DNA of 64,000 nt from Octopus sinensis (lineage: Eukaryota). The notes beneath the pieces were generated by a model. The model saw only the letters and a program-made list of their open reading frames with translations, made no database searches and was not told the origin of the DNA. The position numbers and the translations under genes were made by a program. Every line of letters starts with the position of its first letter. Position 1 is the first letter of the stretch. The stretch spans positions 9,486,001 to 9,550,000 of the forward strand of contig NC_043002.1 in NCBI RefSeq assembly GCF_006345805.1, read 5' to 3'. This document shows positions 13,031 through 26,359 of this stretch, one piece after another.

Positions 13031-13694
13031 ATGGCTCGTGAATTTCTAGAGCACTTTTATTTTCGAGGAATAGACGGTGCAGTAGAGAATTCGGGAGGTG
13101 GGACGGGCACTGGATACTGCGGCGGTCCAACGGGAGCAACGACTCCAGACGAAAATGATACGTACAACAATAATCATTTTCAAAACCAGTTGACAAGATC
13201 CCTGAATCCAGTGAGCACGGGCAGCAACGAGAATAACAACACATCGACAGACATGGTGGACGCCATGAAAAAGAAGTGGGTACGCTTACAGGCCAATATT
13301 GATAATATGTTCCAGGGTTTTGGCTTCTCGCAGCCGTTCAACAGGCGCAGAGAAGGAGCAGTGGTGGCGGGCGGAGGAGAAGGTCGCTGCGGAGTGGGAG
13401 GCAGCCTGACGCCAAATGAGAAGAGACGGAACGACAACCTTCATCTTCATCACAGTAACAACCATCGTCGCCACAGCCACTGGGCTGAACACGACGACAC
13501 TCACCTAAACTCATCCAATTCCGATGCCGTGGTTGTTTATCAAGAACAGATTGAAATGGCTCTGCTGAGTCAAGGAGAATTACGACTCGGAGTTGGACAT
13601 GATTTCGTCTTGGAGTTGCGATCTAATCCGACTTGGTGCGACAAATGCGGAGACTTCATCTGGGGAGCCTACAAACAGTGCCTCAAGTGCAAAC
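13031..13694 (+). CDS. RASSF1: First coding exon of a RASSF1/RASSF5-like (C1 domain) gene; ends at a phase-1 donor
   Basis: GVGHDFVLELRSNPTWCDKCGDFIWGAYKQCLKCK fits H-x12-C-x2-C-x13-C and resembles RASSF1A GRGHRF...TWCDLCGDFIWG; EQIEMALL resembles RASSF1A ELIELREL. Donor AAC|GTAAGT at 13694/13695. Family-level call only. Confidence 0.85.
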
Positions 13695-16570
13695 GTAAGT
13701 CAGATCTATTCTTTCTCTGGCCATATGCCAATATATTGATTTAAAAAAGAAAACAGAAAGAACTTTTATACTTCAGTAATATGTCATACGTTGTCTTTTT
13801 TCCTTTCTATGATCTCTTTCTTGCTTTAGCGGCAAAAGTAGCAAAACTGTTATTTCAATCTATTATTTCGATTTTTTAAACTTTTTACAGACTTTTAATA
13901 ATTCCTTGGAACATTCAGTCACGCACAAACTATTCTACAAAGCAAACTAAAAACAATCAAGGCATCGTTTTCATTCATCAAAACTTAATTTTAAAGAATC
14001 AAAACTGTTTAAGTTCAAACTTTGAAACGATTTTATTTCCTAAAACATTCATCAAAAGACTTTCAAATTCTTTAATCGGACGAAATTTAAGTGGATTCGA
14101 TTAAAGCGAAAGTCATTATTGTAGAAAGTAAAAACGAAGTTACTTAGAATATTTACAATTTCCTTTAAAAATGTGGAATAAATTTTAAAAAATTCCGGAT
14201 ATGATTTGTAAGAAAATCAGGAAGTTGTTTGTTTACGTCACCTTTTCGCTATTTTTAGCTTTCATGTGGTTTAAGTTCTTCGTTTTAAAATAAATTCAAC
14301 ACATATTCTTTCGGTAGAATACCGTATGTATGTAGAACAAAATATCTTCTCAGTCTTTTAGGATTTAGTGGTAGAATTAAGGTTCCGTTCTAAGCGGGTT
14401 TTAAGCCATAATCTCGTTCATCCTTTATGATGGATGAAATTGGTTTCAGTCGTTGCCGGGAAGACATACTTTCCCCGACTTAATTCTCATTTTAGCAACA
14501 TGACTTACTTTTTTTTATTTAAAGTCATAGTCTTTTGTGCTGCCAAGGGAAACTAAAAACTAAAAACACGGTCTCTTGCTATTTACAAAATGTTAATTAC
14601 AACATATATTGACTATAAGCGAATAAAATCAACTAAATGTTGCGGATTGTTGTAAATTCGTTTCGATTTTTTTGTGCTTCAGTAATAACACATGGTTAAC
14701 TTTAAATATATATTCTTTTACAATAGCAGTTGCGACTCGAAATATGTCTTTAATTAAAGTACGTGTTTGTGTAAACGTGTTAATTATCTCCATGCAGTAA
14801 ATTCTCTCTCTGCTGGCAATTATATACAAATGTATATATATATATATTTATGACATATATTCATATTTGATCTCATAATTCCTTTTACAAGAATAGTGTC
14901 CGTTTTTCGAAACGATAATATTAAAGAAATTAAGATTTGGTTTATTTTCCTAATTGATATTTCTTTATCTTTGCTGCTTGAAAAATTTTAAAGGCAACTT
15001 TTTAGATTTTATATATATATATTTTAAGTTTTTGTCTGTTAGTCACAAACAATAATTTTGAATATCTGAACATGTGATTCTACTTGAAATAATTAGTGCT
15101 ACATCGCTTAAATGCAGTGGCATTAAAATATCTGAATATTATTGTAAAATACACGTGTTTGAAAAAAGACTAAGGCTTGTTCTTTAAAAGTTTTAGTAAA
15201 TGGGGATGCCGTTTGAAGTGAAATGCTATATTTTAGGGTAATTGATAAAATTGATTTGAGTCACTGATGTTCCAGTTTCTTACAACAAAAGACTGATAAA
15301 CTTAAAACATTTAATAGAATATAACAGCTGATCTCTTTGCGATTGTATCAAAAAGGAATTTTTGTATTTCCTTTTGAATTTCGTTGACTATTTTGCTACA
15401 TTAGTTTCTGTCGAGAATATATAAAAACTTATATTAAAATGGTGACATTTAAAAAGAGATTTAATTTAAAGGGAAACAAATGTCATTATGTTAACTACAC
15501 GGTCTGGGTTTATATTTACGTCTAGAGCATACCATACTTAGTTATTGATCATGGTTATATATATATATATCTAATATTTTTATGTTGGTGTAAGGTCAGT
15601 GCGACACGCCTTACATTACCAGCCGTTTTCTTATCCATTAACTATATCAGCTAGATCAATACTCAACCCTTTCATATGTTTCTTTGATCAGCATCTCTAG
15701 CTTCACCTAATTGTACCATATTCTCGACTATACCATAATTATTTATTACTCTTCTCTTTAATAACACTGGATTGTCTGCAATTTACCGTATGTTCGTTAA
15801 AACCTTATTCACTAATGTACTAGATTTACCATTTAATTTAGTTCGTAGAGAATTCATTTTTGACAAAATTAGACTGGTTAAATCACACCCTTTTCCCTTG
15901 GATCATGTGTTTAAAGCTGCCTACTACTACTTAAAATCAACTATAGGATCGGTAGCTATTTCTAAATACAGGGTAAATCGATGCAAACAGACTACACGCA
16001 AAGTCTTTCATGCTGTGTCTGTGACCCGTTTTAAACTAAGGCATCTAAGCAATCACAACATTCTTTATTTCTTCCTTAAAATAATAATCATCCAAATATT
16101 ACACACACACACACAATAAAATGTACCTAACATGAAGAAACTGAGTTATACAGGGACAAGAAATCTTAAGGATATTTTCGATCCTTCTAGTTTGTTTTAG
16201 TTAAAAAAAAAACGTCATTTCTATTCTGAATGAAACCTATACTAAACAAAGTTTACTTTTCTTGTTTGTTTGTGATTCATTTTATATTCAGAATTAATTG
16301 TAGTGGAAAAGTAATGCAACATTTAACATTACACATATGAATGTATAAAGTGGATTAAAACCTTTGTAACTAGCAGTAGGGCATAACCAAATAGAACATC
16401 TAAGTACTAGAAGCCACTGACACCAGAAAGTAGTGTTAAATATCATTTTTCAAAAATCAACTACAGTAAGCACAAAAAAACATATCTTCATCTAGAGCAC
16501 AACTTCGACCTTTTCCATTCATCAGATATGAGAAAAGCTACAGGGAAATCAGGGATGAAAAGTATCAGGG

Positions 16571-16974
16571 TCTCTTTTACTTGTTTCAGTCATTTGACTG
16601 TGGCCATGCTGGAGTACCGCCTTTGGTCGAACAAATCGACCCCAGGACTTATTCTTTGTAAGTCTAGTACATATGTTATCGGTTGCTTTTGCCAAACCAC
16701 TAAGTTACGGTGATGTAAACACACCAGCATCGGTTGTCAAGCGATGTTGGGGGGACAAACATAGACACACATACATATACATATACATATATATACACAC
16801 ACATATATACGACGGGCTTCTTTCAATTTCCGTCTACCAAATCCACTCACAAGGCTTTGGTCCACCCGAGGCTATAGCAGAAAACACTTGTCCAAGGTGC
16901 CACACAGTGGGACTGAACCCAGAACCATGTGGTTGGTAAGCAAGCTACTTACCACACAGCCACTCTTACGCCTA
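16571..16974 (-). mobile_element. SINE family B, full length (~400 bp)
   Basis: Minus-strand head aggcgtaagagtggctgtgtggtaag...gggttcagtcccactgtgtggcaccttggacaagtg; internal (AT/AC)n. Confidence 0.92.
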
Positions 16975-17122
16975 CAGTCTAACAACATTACAAACATATG
17001 TCAAAGGTCTGAAAGAATTATTGCTGTCTTCAAAGTCAAGACAAGCAAATTCACCAGATTCTGAAGACTGAGATAGCCACCATGGTTTTAATGCCTCCAG
17101 AAAATCCAACCAAAGCAAGAGT

Positions 17123-20100
17123 GTAGTTTGTCTGTCGATGTGACGAAGACCATCTAGTCATCCTGGAATGGGGGTGGGCTTGTTTGGTGAGTTCGCAGAT
17201 GGCTAGTGAGGCCAATCTGTGCCTCAAAGAGTCTTTGACAGTGTGGACAGGGAATGGTAGCGCCTGCTACAGGGTTGTTAACTCTGTTCTTCCTGGCTTG
17301 TCTGTGGTCTTCTGCAGCAGCGATCCTATTGGTCTTGCATGTGTTGGCACCCCTGTGGACAGCTGATCGCCACCCTTCTCTGTCTAGAGCAGACTGCTCC
17401 CAAGTGTCATGGTTGATATTGAAGGCTTTCAGGGTATCCTTAAAGCGCTTCTGGCCGCCTTGTGAGTGCTTTCCCTTTTGCAGCTTGCCAAAGAGCAATC
17501 TTTTTGGTAATCGATCGTCTGACATGTGACCTACGTGCCCTGCCCAGCGAAGCTGAGACTGCATCAAGATGGTATGAATGCTGGGCAGGTTAGCATGTAT
17601 TAGTACCTCGGTGTCCGGGATCCTGTCCTGCCACTTTATGCGAAGTTTTCTAAGGCGTATTGTATGAAAGTGGTTCAGCTTCCTGGCATGACGCTGGTAG
17701 ACCGTCCAGGACTAGCAGCCGTAAAGCAGCGTTGTGAGAACAACAGCCTGGCACACCTTGATCTTTGTCATGACGGTGATCCCCCTCCTGTTCCAGACAG
17801 TCTTGCGTAGCCTGCTGAAGGCAGCGCTTGCCTTGGTAAGTCTGGCGTTGATTTTGTCATTGACGACAACATTTCCTGAGAGTGTGCTGCCAAGGTAGGT
17901 AGTTGAACTTGTCCACCTCGTCCAATCACTGCCCGTTGATGGTGATGTGGGTTCAATGTAGGACTTGGTTGGAGCTGGCTGATACATTACCTCTGTCTTT
18001 TTTGTATTGATCGTAAGCTGTTGCAGGCGCCAGAGAACAAGTCGACGCTGTGCTGCATGTTGGACTCAGTAGCAGCATTGAGAGTGCAGTCATCTGTGAA
18101 CAGGAGGTTGTTGACGGTGTCTACTGGAACCTTGGTTTTCGTTTTGAGCCTCCCGAGGTTGAAGACTGAACCATTGGACTAGTACTTGATGCCTATGTCT
18201 GTGTCTCTGTCAGCATGGCTGAGAACATAAGACTGAAGAAGGTGGGAGCAAGGACACATCCTTCTTTCACTCCATTGGAATGGATCAGAGGTCTCTCCGT
18301 TGTCTTTTGCCCTTGCCAACATGCCATTGTGTAGTTGTCTTACGATGGTGATGAATTTTCTGGGGTATCATCCATACTTTGCCAAGATTCTCCAGAGACC
18401 TTCTCTACTAACGGTATCAAAGGCGTTGGTCAGGTCGATGTAGGTGGAGTAGAGGTCGACGTTCTGCTCCCGACACTTCTCCTGCAGCTGTCTAGCAGCA
18501 AACACCCTGTCGATAGTCCCACGCTCTTTCCAGAAGCCATACTAGCTTTCAAGTGGGAGACCCTGCTCTAGGTGTGCAATGAAGCGGTTGAGCAAAACTC
18601 TAGCCAGGATCTTGTCTGTGATGGACAGTAGTGAAATTCCACGATGATTATCGCAGACCTGGTGGTTTCCATTTCGCTTGTAGAGGTGGATGATGGAGCG
18701 TCCTTGAAGTCTTGAGGCACTGTCTCGTGCATCCAGATAAGCTGAAACAGCTGGTGAATTTTCCTGGTCAGGGCCATACCTCCTTCTTTGAATACTTCAG
18801 CTGGGATGGAGTCCAGACCAGGTGCTTTGCCACTGGACAGTAGGCAGCATGCTTTCTGAATTTCCTCCAAAGTTGGTTCGATGTCCATTGACTCCTCAAT
18901 GGGGACTTGAGGTAGTCTATCAATGACTTCACCATTGATGGTGGAATGCCTATTCAGGACACTGTTGAAATGTTCAGCCCATCTCTCTAATATCGTTTCC
19001 TTGTCGGTGATCAGTGTTGCCCCGTCAGCACTAAGGAAGGGAGACGGTGTTCTTGCAGTTGTAGGGCTGTAAACTGCCTTCAAGCTGTCATAGAAATTCT
19101 TCATGTCATTTCTGTCTGCAAAGCCCTGGATCATGTCTGCTTTGCTACTAAGCCAGGAATCCTGCATCAGGTGCAACTTCGTTTGGATTTTGCTCTGTAC
19201 AATCTGCAGTCTGTCCTTCTTTGAAACTGATTTGGAGTCAGTGAGGTGATCTTTGTAAACACGATGCTTTTCCTCTAGTAGTTGCTTGATCTCTGCACAG
19301 TTCTCATCAAACCAGTCCTTGTGCTTCTTTGTAGATGGCCCAAGGCATTCCATGGCTGTGTCGTACAACGTCATCCGGAGTGCAGCCCAGGCTTCCTCAA
19401 TATCCTTGCCTAGTAGCACAATGGGGTCCAAGCATTGCTCCATTGCATTGGTAAATAGCTGCTTGACGTTGCTATTCTTCAGCATGTTCAAGCATTTTGG
19501 TGCTTTCCTATTTTGTGGTCATCTCCTGGGCTGAATTCTAAGGTTGAGTTTGGATACAACAAGGCTGTGGTCTGTCCAGCATTCTGCACCACACATGGTT
19601 TTCGTAACTCATATGTCTTGCCTGTCCCTCTTCCTTATGATAATGGAGTCGATGAGGTGTCAGTGCTTTGAGCGGGGATGCATCCATGACGTTCTGTTTT
19701 GGGTGGAGAGGTTAAACATGGTGTTGGTGATCAGGAGGCCATGCTTTGACCAGGTCTGGAGGAGTAGCAGACAGTTGCAGTTGCCAACTCCATGTTTCCC
19801 AATCATGACCATCTCTCGCATTGAAGTCACCTAGAATGATGAGTTTATCTGCGCGGGGAGCCGCGGTGATGACAGAGCTCGAGTCTTCATAGAACTTGTC
19901 CTTGGTCACATTTGGATTCGTCATGGTGGGGGCATAGGCACTGACAATGGTGGTGTACTTCTGTCTGCGACAAAGGTGGAGTCTCATCGTCATTAGGCAA
20001 TCATTCATACCTTTTGGGGGACCAACCAACTTGCCAGCCAATGTCGACTTAACTGCAAAGCCAACTCCAGCCTCTCTTCTCTCTTCAGGTCCACATCCAC

Positions 20101-21109
20101 TCCAAAAGAAAGTGTATCCTGCACCTTTTTCCTGTAGTTCGCCTTCGCCCGGCAGCCTGGTTCACTGAGAGCAGCAATGTCGATGTTATATCTGGCAAGT
20201 TCATTTGCTATGAGTGCTGTGTGTCTCTGGGGTCACTCTGACTAATCTCTGTCAAGAAGCATATGAACATTCCAAGCAGCAAGGATGAGTGGTGTACTCC
20301 TTGCTCTTTTTCTTTGTTCTTTGTTTCGACTGCAGTGTGTAGGGTCCCCTCCAGTCCAGGCTGGCTAGGGTAGGTGGAGTGCTCCTCATGCCATGGAGGT
20401 GAGCAGTACGTTCCTAAATAGGACTGCTCAGTTGCCCAGATGGCTCCCGAAATCCACTGCTGCACCAGGTCAGTGAATAGCGACCCAGTGGCCTGAGCTG
20501 CCTGTGTGCAGGTTTGTGGCTATGACTTCCAGTGTACCTACACCTGTCGCTTCGTCGTGTGCATGTTGCCACAGGACTTTGGGAGGAAGGGGTGGAAAGA
20601 AGGATGAAAGATGACTTGCATGAGGAAACTTTGTTTAAAGTGAGGAAGGGTTGCGCAATGCCGACCTCACTCTCTTGTCCAAGACTGTCTTAACCAGTGG
20701 CAAGACCAGATCGAGACGACTGGGGACAGAACCGGATGCAGTGAATGACCAAGATGTCCTATAGTGCCTCATCTTGCCCTATGCGCTCCACGGTGCCCTG
20801 CTGTAACCGCCCTCTTCTCCGTTGAAACCGTTCTGGTTGTTTCTTCTGTAGGATCAGCCGGCTCCAGTCTTCGCATGTGTAAGTAGGCAAGCCCTAACTC
20901 GCCGAAGGTTTAAGACCGGTTGGCTACCCTCACTTGGTTTAGCCGGCTAGTCGAAGCCATTGCCCGGGGTGTGGCTGCTGTTGCATACAAATAGCTACTA
21001 GGGGCCACAAGCGAGAGCTGAGTGCAGGTGGGGACCAAGGCGAATCAACTAGTCCGAGAAGGAGCACGGCCGTTGCCCCATCAGAAGTACTACCCCTCCC
21101 ATACACCCC
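17123..21109 (-). mobile_element. Full-length BovB-like RTE LINE (APE, RT, C-terminal zinc finger), disrupted, with TSD
   Basis: TSD (CC)AAAGCAAGAGT at 17110-17122 and 21108-21120. APE: LAAWNVHMLLD...ARYNIDIAALSETRL. C-terminus: QLRWAGHV...CPHCQRLFEAQIGLTSHLRTH. Confidence 0.95.
20929..21109 (-). ncRNA. Predicted HDV-like self-cleaving ribozyme at the RTE 5' end
   Basis: P1 GGGGTGT/ACACCCC, P2 CTCGCTTG/CAAGTGAG, P3 GGC/GCC, P1.1 CC/GG, linker GCAA, P4 TGGC/GCCG, J4/2 GCTAA with catalytic-C equivalent at 20942. Confidence 0.75.
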
Positions 21110-21359
21110 AAAGCAAGAGTAATACTGACCACTGTCTCTCTTCTTAACAACTACAGGACATCAAATACAACATCAAACTCAATAATGTAAACATACCACA
21201 TAGATACAAGATAAAACTGCTAGGACTTAGATACAACACCTCCTCAACTCTCACAGCATACATATACTCACATTCATCATCAACTAACCTTGTGTACCAT
21301 TCATTATGGCCACCCCACATCCTTACTCTGTCTCTAACCATTTCTCACTTTCTCTATAC

Positions 21360-21591
21360 AGGCTGCGAGCTGGCAGAAACGTTAGCATGCCAGGCAAGAT
21401 GCGTAGCCATATTTCGTCTGCCGTTACGTTCTGAGTTCAAATTCCACTGAGGTCAACTTTGCTTTTCATCCTTTCGGGGTCGATAAATTAAGTACCAGTT
21501 ATGCACTGGGGTCGATGTAATTGACTTAATCCGTTTGTCTGTCCTTGTGTGTCCCCTTTATGTTTAGCCCCTTGTGGGTAGTAAAGAAATA
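21360..21591 (+). mobile_element. SINE family A
   Basis: gcgagctggcagaaacgttagc...gagttcaaattcc...gggtagtaaagaaat. Confidence 0.92.
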
Positions 21592-21924
21592 TATACACTC
21601 TTGCAACCTCTACCATCTATCCTTTCTGTTCTGCTGTCTCTACTTGCATCTGTTCACCTTGCACTTTGAGGGCTCATCCTAACTGTTTGTCCCCACAATT
21701 CTTTCTTTCCAGTCCCATCCTGGTTACTCCCATTCACTCTTAAATAATTCAAGGTATTGATGAATCTCCTCCACAGCACGAAACATACTTTAACCTCACA
21801 ACACTTAACTTAGAGCCCCACTTAACTCACAACTTCAGTTCCACTCAGTTGAGGGAGGTCTTAGTCCTGCAAGTTATATGGCAACCTCACTAATATAAGT
21901 ATTATGAGAAAAGTACTCAGTGCA

Positions 21925-24070
21925 CTCTGTAAATCATCATCATCATCATCATTTAACATCCATTTTTCATGCTGGCATGGGACGGACAGTTTGACTGAAA
22001 ACTGGTAGGCTGGGGAGCTGCACAAAGTTGCAATCTGATTTACATGGTTTCTATAGCTGGATGCCCTTCCTGATGCCAAACACTCCAAGAGTGTAGTGGG
22101 TACTTTTTACATGCCAGTTATGAAACACCAGCAATCAGCTAGGACTATGATCTCATTTGGCTTGACAGGTTTTGCCAAGCCTGGTATATTGCTAAAGTCT
22201 TTGTCACTTGTCACTTCCTCTGCGAGGCCCAAAGTTCGAAGGGTGCATTTTACATGCTAGCAGCATGGGTCCCAGTTCCGTGACACCGGCATTGGCGATG
22301 TCTACTATTTCTCTTGGCTTTACAGATCTTCTCAAACACAGCATATTGCCCAATTTTCAAAAGGTACTTTTTACGTGCCAGTTATGCAACACTGGCATCA
22401 GCCATAACTGAGATTTCACTTGGCTTGATGGGTCCTCTCAAGCATGGCATGTTGCCAAAGGCCTCAGTCACTTGTCATTGCCTTTGTAAAGACCAGTGTT
22501 GAAGATCATGCTTCACCACCTTGTCCCATGTCTTCTTGGGTCTACCTCTTCCACAGGTTCCCCCCACAGTTAGAGGTGGGCACTTCCCACAGCTGTCCTT
22601 GTCCATAAACATCACATGACCATACCAGCAGTCACCTCTCTTGCACACCAACTTTTCTCTCAAGACGCTTACACTCTGTCGTACATGCACACTGACATTG
22701 CAATCCAGTGAAACATACCCTCTTCATTTCTTTCAAGTCTTCACATGTCCTCAACAGTCACAGCTCATGTTTCACTGCCGTGTAGCACAGCTGTTCACAC
22801 CCAGGCATTGTACAATTTGCCTTTCACTCTCAGGGAGAGGCTCGTTGTTACAGAGCTAGGGGCTCTCTGAACTTTGCTCAGCCTATTCTTGTTCTAACAG
22901 CTATGCTCTTGGAGCATCCACCTCTGCTATTGACTTGGTCACCTAGGTAATGGAAGCTAGCTACTTCTATTTCCCCCAACTGGCATTTGATGGAGTCTAT
23001 TTTCCTGTACATTTTTGGTGTTAATCATACCTGTTCACTTCCCACACACAAAAACTATTTTCTCAGCTAACCCTCCTCTGATATTGCTGCACCTCTTATG
23101 TCCATTGCTTGCACCGGGTACATCTCATGAAGTTACTATCATACCTATGCCTTCTCTACCGATAGAGCAGAGCTTTCTACATGAAGGTATTTGTGATTTG
23201 TCTGTGCTACTTACTAAGATTTCAGTTTTTGCTAGATTAACACTAAGGCCCTTTGATTCTAAACCTTGCTTCTATGCCTGAAATTTCTTCCCTAGTTTTG
23301 GTAGAACAAGGTCATCAGCATAGAGGAGCTTCCAGGGGCAGTCTGTTTTAAATTCCTCTGTCATTGCCTGGAGGACTATGATGAACAAGAGGGTGCTGAA
23401 GATTGATTCTTGGTGAACCCCTTATTTGTACCCTGAATTCATCTCTATATTTGCTGCTAGCCTTTATCTTACTGATAGCATCCCTGTACATGGCTTGTAC
23501 AGCTCTCACCAACCAGTCACCTACCCCTAGCTTCTGTATTGACCACCAGAGGCTTTCTCCATGTCAACAAAAGCCAGGCACAGGGGTTTGTCTTTCGCTA
23601 GATATTTCTCATACAGTTGCCTAACCAGGAATATAGCTTCAGTTGTGCTCCTGCTTGGCACAAATCCGAACTGCATCTCATCTACACTAACTTTCTTCCT
23701 AATTAATTGAGCTATGACCCTTTCTGTGACTTTCATCACCTGGTCCAGCAATTTGATGCCTCTGTAATTATTCTTGTCTAAGGCGTCGCCTTTGCCTTTT
23801 TACCAGTTGACTATAATGCTGCTGCACCAATTGTTGGGTATGACTCCCTCATGGATAACCTGATTAACTATATGGGTGACTAGGCTATATCCTACTCTGC
23901 CAGATATTTTAAGCATCTCAATGGTGGTTCCCGATGGGCTTGGGGCTTTCCTTGTCTTCATATCCTTAATTGCTTCATCTACTAAGCTACTGTTGATTCA
24001 GATAGCAGGTCCCTTATGTGGGTCAACATTTGGCAGACTCCTTCTCCCATTCATTCTCCATGTTTAGTCG
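21925..24070 (-). mobile_element. RTE-clade LINE, 5'-truncated, with (GAT)n tail
   Basis: LDQVMKVTERVIAQLIRKKVSVDEMQFGFVP...LAFVDMEKA; tail at about 21935-21955. Confidence 0.92.
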
Positions 24071-24360
24071 CCTTTTATAATGGTGTTTATAAGCCTCTTT
24101 CTTTGCAGAATCATTAAATGCAAGTGTACCGTCATCAAAGCAGACACATTTCTTTCCTGTGACATGATTTCCTCTCACAGTCCAAAACACTTCAGTTCTC
24201 TGCTCCTCACATTGCAGAACATAGGCAAACTTCTTTTCTGCTTCTCTCCTGGCTTCCCCTCTGGTGATCTTATACAGTTTCCTGCTGTCCCAACACTTCT
24301 AGTCCTTCCAGGCCTGTTTCTTTGCTCTAATGGCCTTGTCTGCAGCATCATTCCTATTAC

Positions 24361-24586
24361 TATTTCTTTACTACCCACAAGGGGCTAAACACAGAGGGGA
24401 CAAACAAGGACAGACAAACAGATTAAGTCCATTATATCGAGCCCAGTACATAACTGGTACTTATTTAATCGACCCCGAAAGGATGAAAGGCAAGGTCGAC
24501 CTCGGCGGAATTTGAACTCAGAATGCAACGGCAGATGAAATATGGCTACGCATTTCGCCCGGCGTGCTAACGTTGCTGCCAGCCCT
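24361..24586 (-). mobile_element. SINE family A
   Basis: Family A sequence in reverse orientation. Confidence 0.9.
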
Positions 24587-25019
24587 TGGTCTGGATGAAA
24601 CTTTACACCAGCCACGGATTTGGTCTGTGGCACTCAGCAAGCTGTCCTACAGGGATTCCCAGTTGTCCCCTATATTATAGGCCTGTAGTTCTTCCTCTGT
24701 CAAATTTCTCAATTAGGGTGTTCCTAAATCTCTGACCATATAAAACTTCCAAATCCTTTTCCAGATTGGTCTGCTTCTTGGCATCCTTCTGGCCTAAAGT
24801 CTAAAGTCGCTAATGACTAGTTTTTACTGGGGAGTACATTCTTCACCAGGGAAGGTCTTTGTGTTTATGAGGTGGTTGACTTTAGAAAGTGCATCCAGCC
24901 ATAGAAACCATGCCAAAGTAGACATTGAAGTTTGGTATTAAAAAGATGATGATAGTAAACAAAGCAAAATGATTTGTCCAACAAAAAAGAACAATAACAG
25001 TAATATTTTTCTCTCCCTT

Positions 25020-25260
25020 TTGTAAAATTTTTCTCCTTTTTTTTCTCTCTTTTTAGTAAAATTTTTCTCTCCTTGTTTTTTTTTCTCTCCTTTTTTTTTC
25101 TGTGTCCCTTTCTGTAGAAGAGCATAGGCTCGAAACGTAACAGACTTTTTTTATTCCTGAGCGTTATACTAATACATCTGTTTGTTTTGTACACCACCTG
25201 TCTTCGTCTTTTGTTTTTTTTTTGTAAGCTCTCCATATATACAAACAATACATTAGATTT
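25020..25260 (+). mobile_element. Penelope pseudo-LTR-like fragment with hammerhead-like motif
   Basis: ctttctgtagaagagcataggctcgaaacgtaacag; downstream ttcctgagcgt shared with 55400-55600. Confidence 0.5.
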
Positions 25261-25579
25261 GTCATTGAATATCCCAGTTCTGTCACTGTCCCAATTCCTC
25301 CATAATAAGTCACAAAGAACACACAAGCTAATGAGAGACCTTCAGCATGGTTGCTTGATCTGCTAGAAAAAGCAACGAAATGTCCATTAAAAGAAATGAC
25401 AATTGTCATTTTCTGATAGTTCACCTTGTTAGCTTCTGTTATCGCTACTGAGAATCTATAGGCATACAGAAATAGGGGATAGTGGAGGGGGTGAGACATT
25501 GCTCCTTTCCAGTTTAACCACTAAGGATGGTCCTTAGCTACACAAAGACCTGATATACCTGGAATAATGTTCATGCCAT

Positions 25580-25944
25580 ATCTGTATGTATGTGTGTGTA
25601 TGTGTATATATGTATGCATGTATATATGTGTACATATTACATGTATATATATGTATATATATATATATCTACACATACATGTATACACATACATCTATAT
25701 CTATAGAAATACATCTATACACATACATGTATACATATGCAGGTATACATATGCAGCTATACATATACAAGTATACACATACATGTATACATATATATAT
25801 ATATATACATGTATACATATACATGTATATATATATATATACATATACATGTATATATATATATATACATATACATGTATATATATATATACATGTATAT
25901 ATATACATGTATATATATATACATGTATATATACATGCATATAT

Positions 25945-25982
<38 letters not shown>
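25580..25982. repeat. (TA)n/(TACA)n microsatellite
   Basis: Directly visible. Confidence 0.97.
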
Positions 25983-25983
<1 letters not shown>

Positions 25984-26359
25984 AATTTAAATTTAAAATA
26001 TTAAGAGTGAAAAATTGAATGTTAATTTGATTAATATGAATTTAAAACCTGTGGTGTAGCATATAAGGCCAAAGCTATTTTTATATTTTTGAAACATTTA
26101 GAGTTATATTTTGTATTCTACTCCTTGCTTGTTTCTTTGTTTCTTCAACATATTCAAATTTTATTACCAATAATCTCTTAGTGGCTGTAAGCAGTTAAAA
26201 GGATTAAGAGCTATATGTAAAAATTCGTAATTTTGTTTAGGTCAAATCCCTACCATTTTGGTTTAGAGTGTGTGTGGGGCGTGAATCAGGTCATGCTCAG
26301 GTTGTTATTTAACATCAAGTACAACCTGAATAAAACAGTCCACTCACTTGGCAATAATG

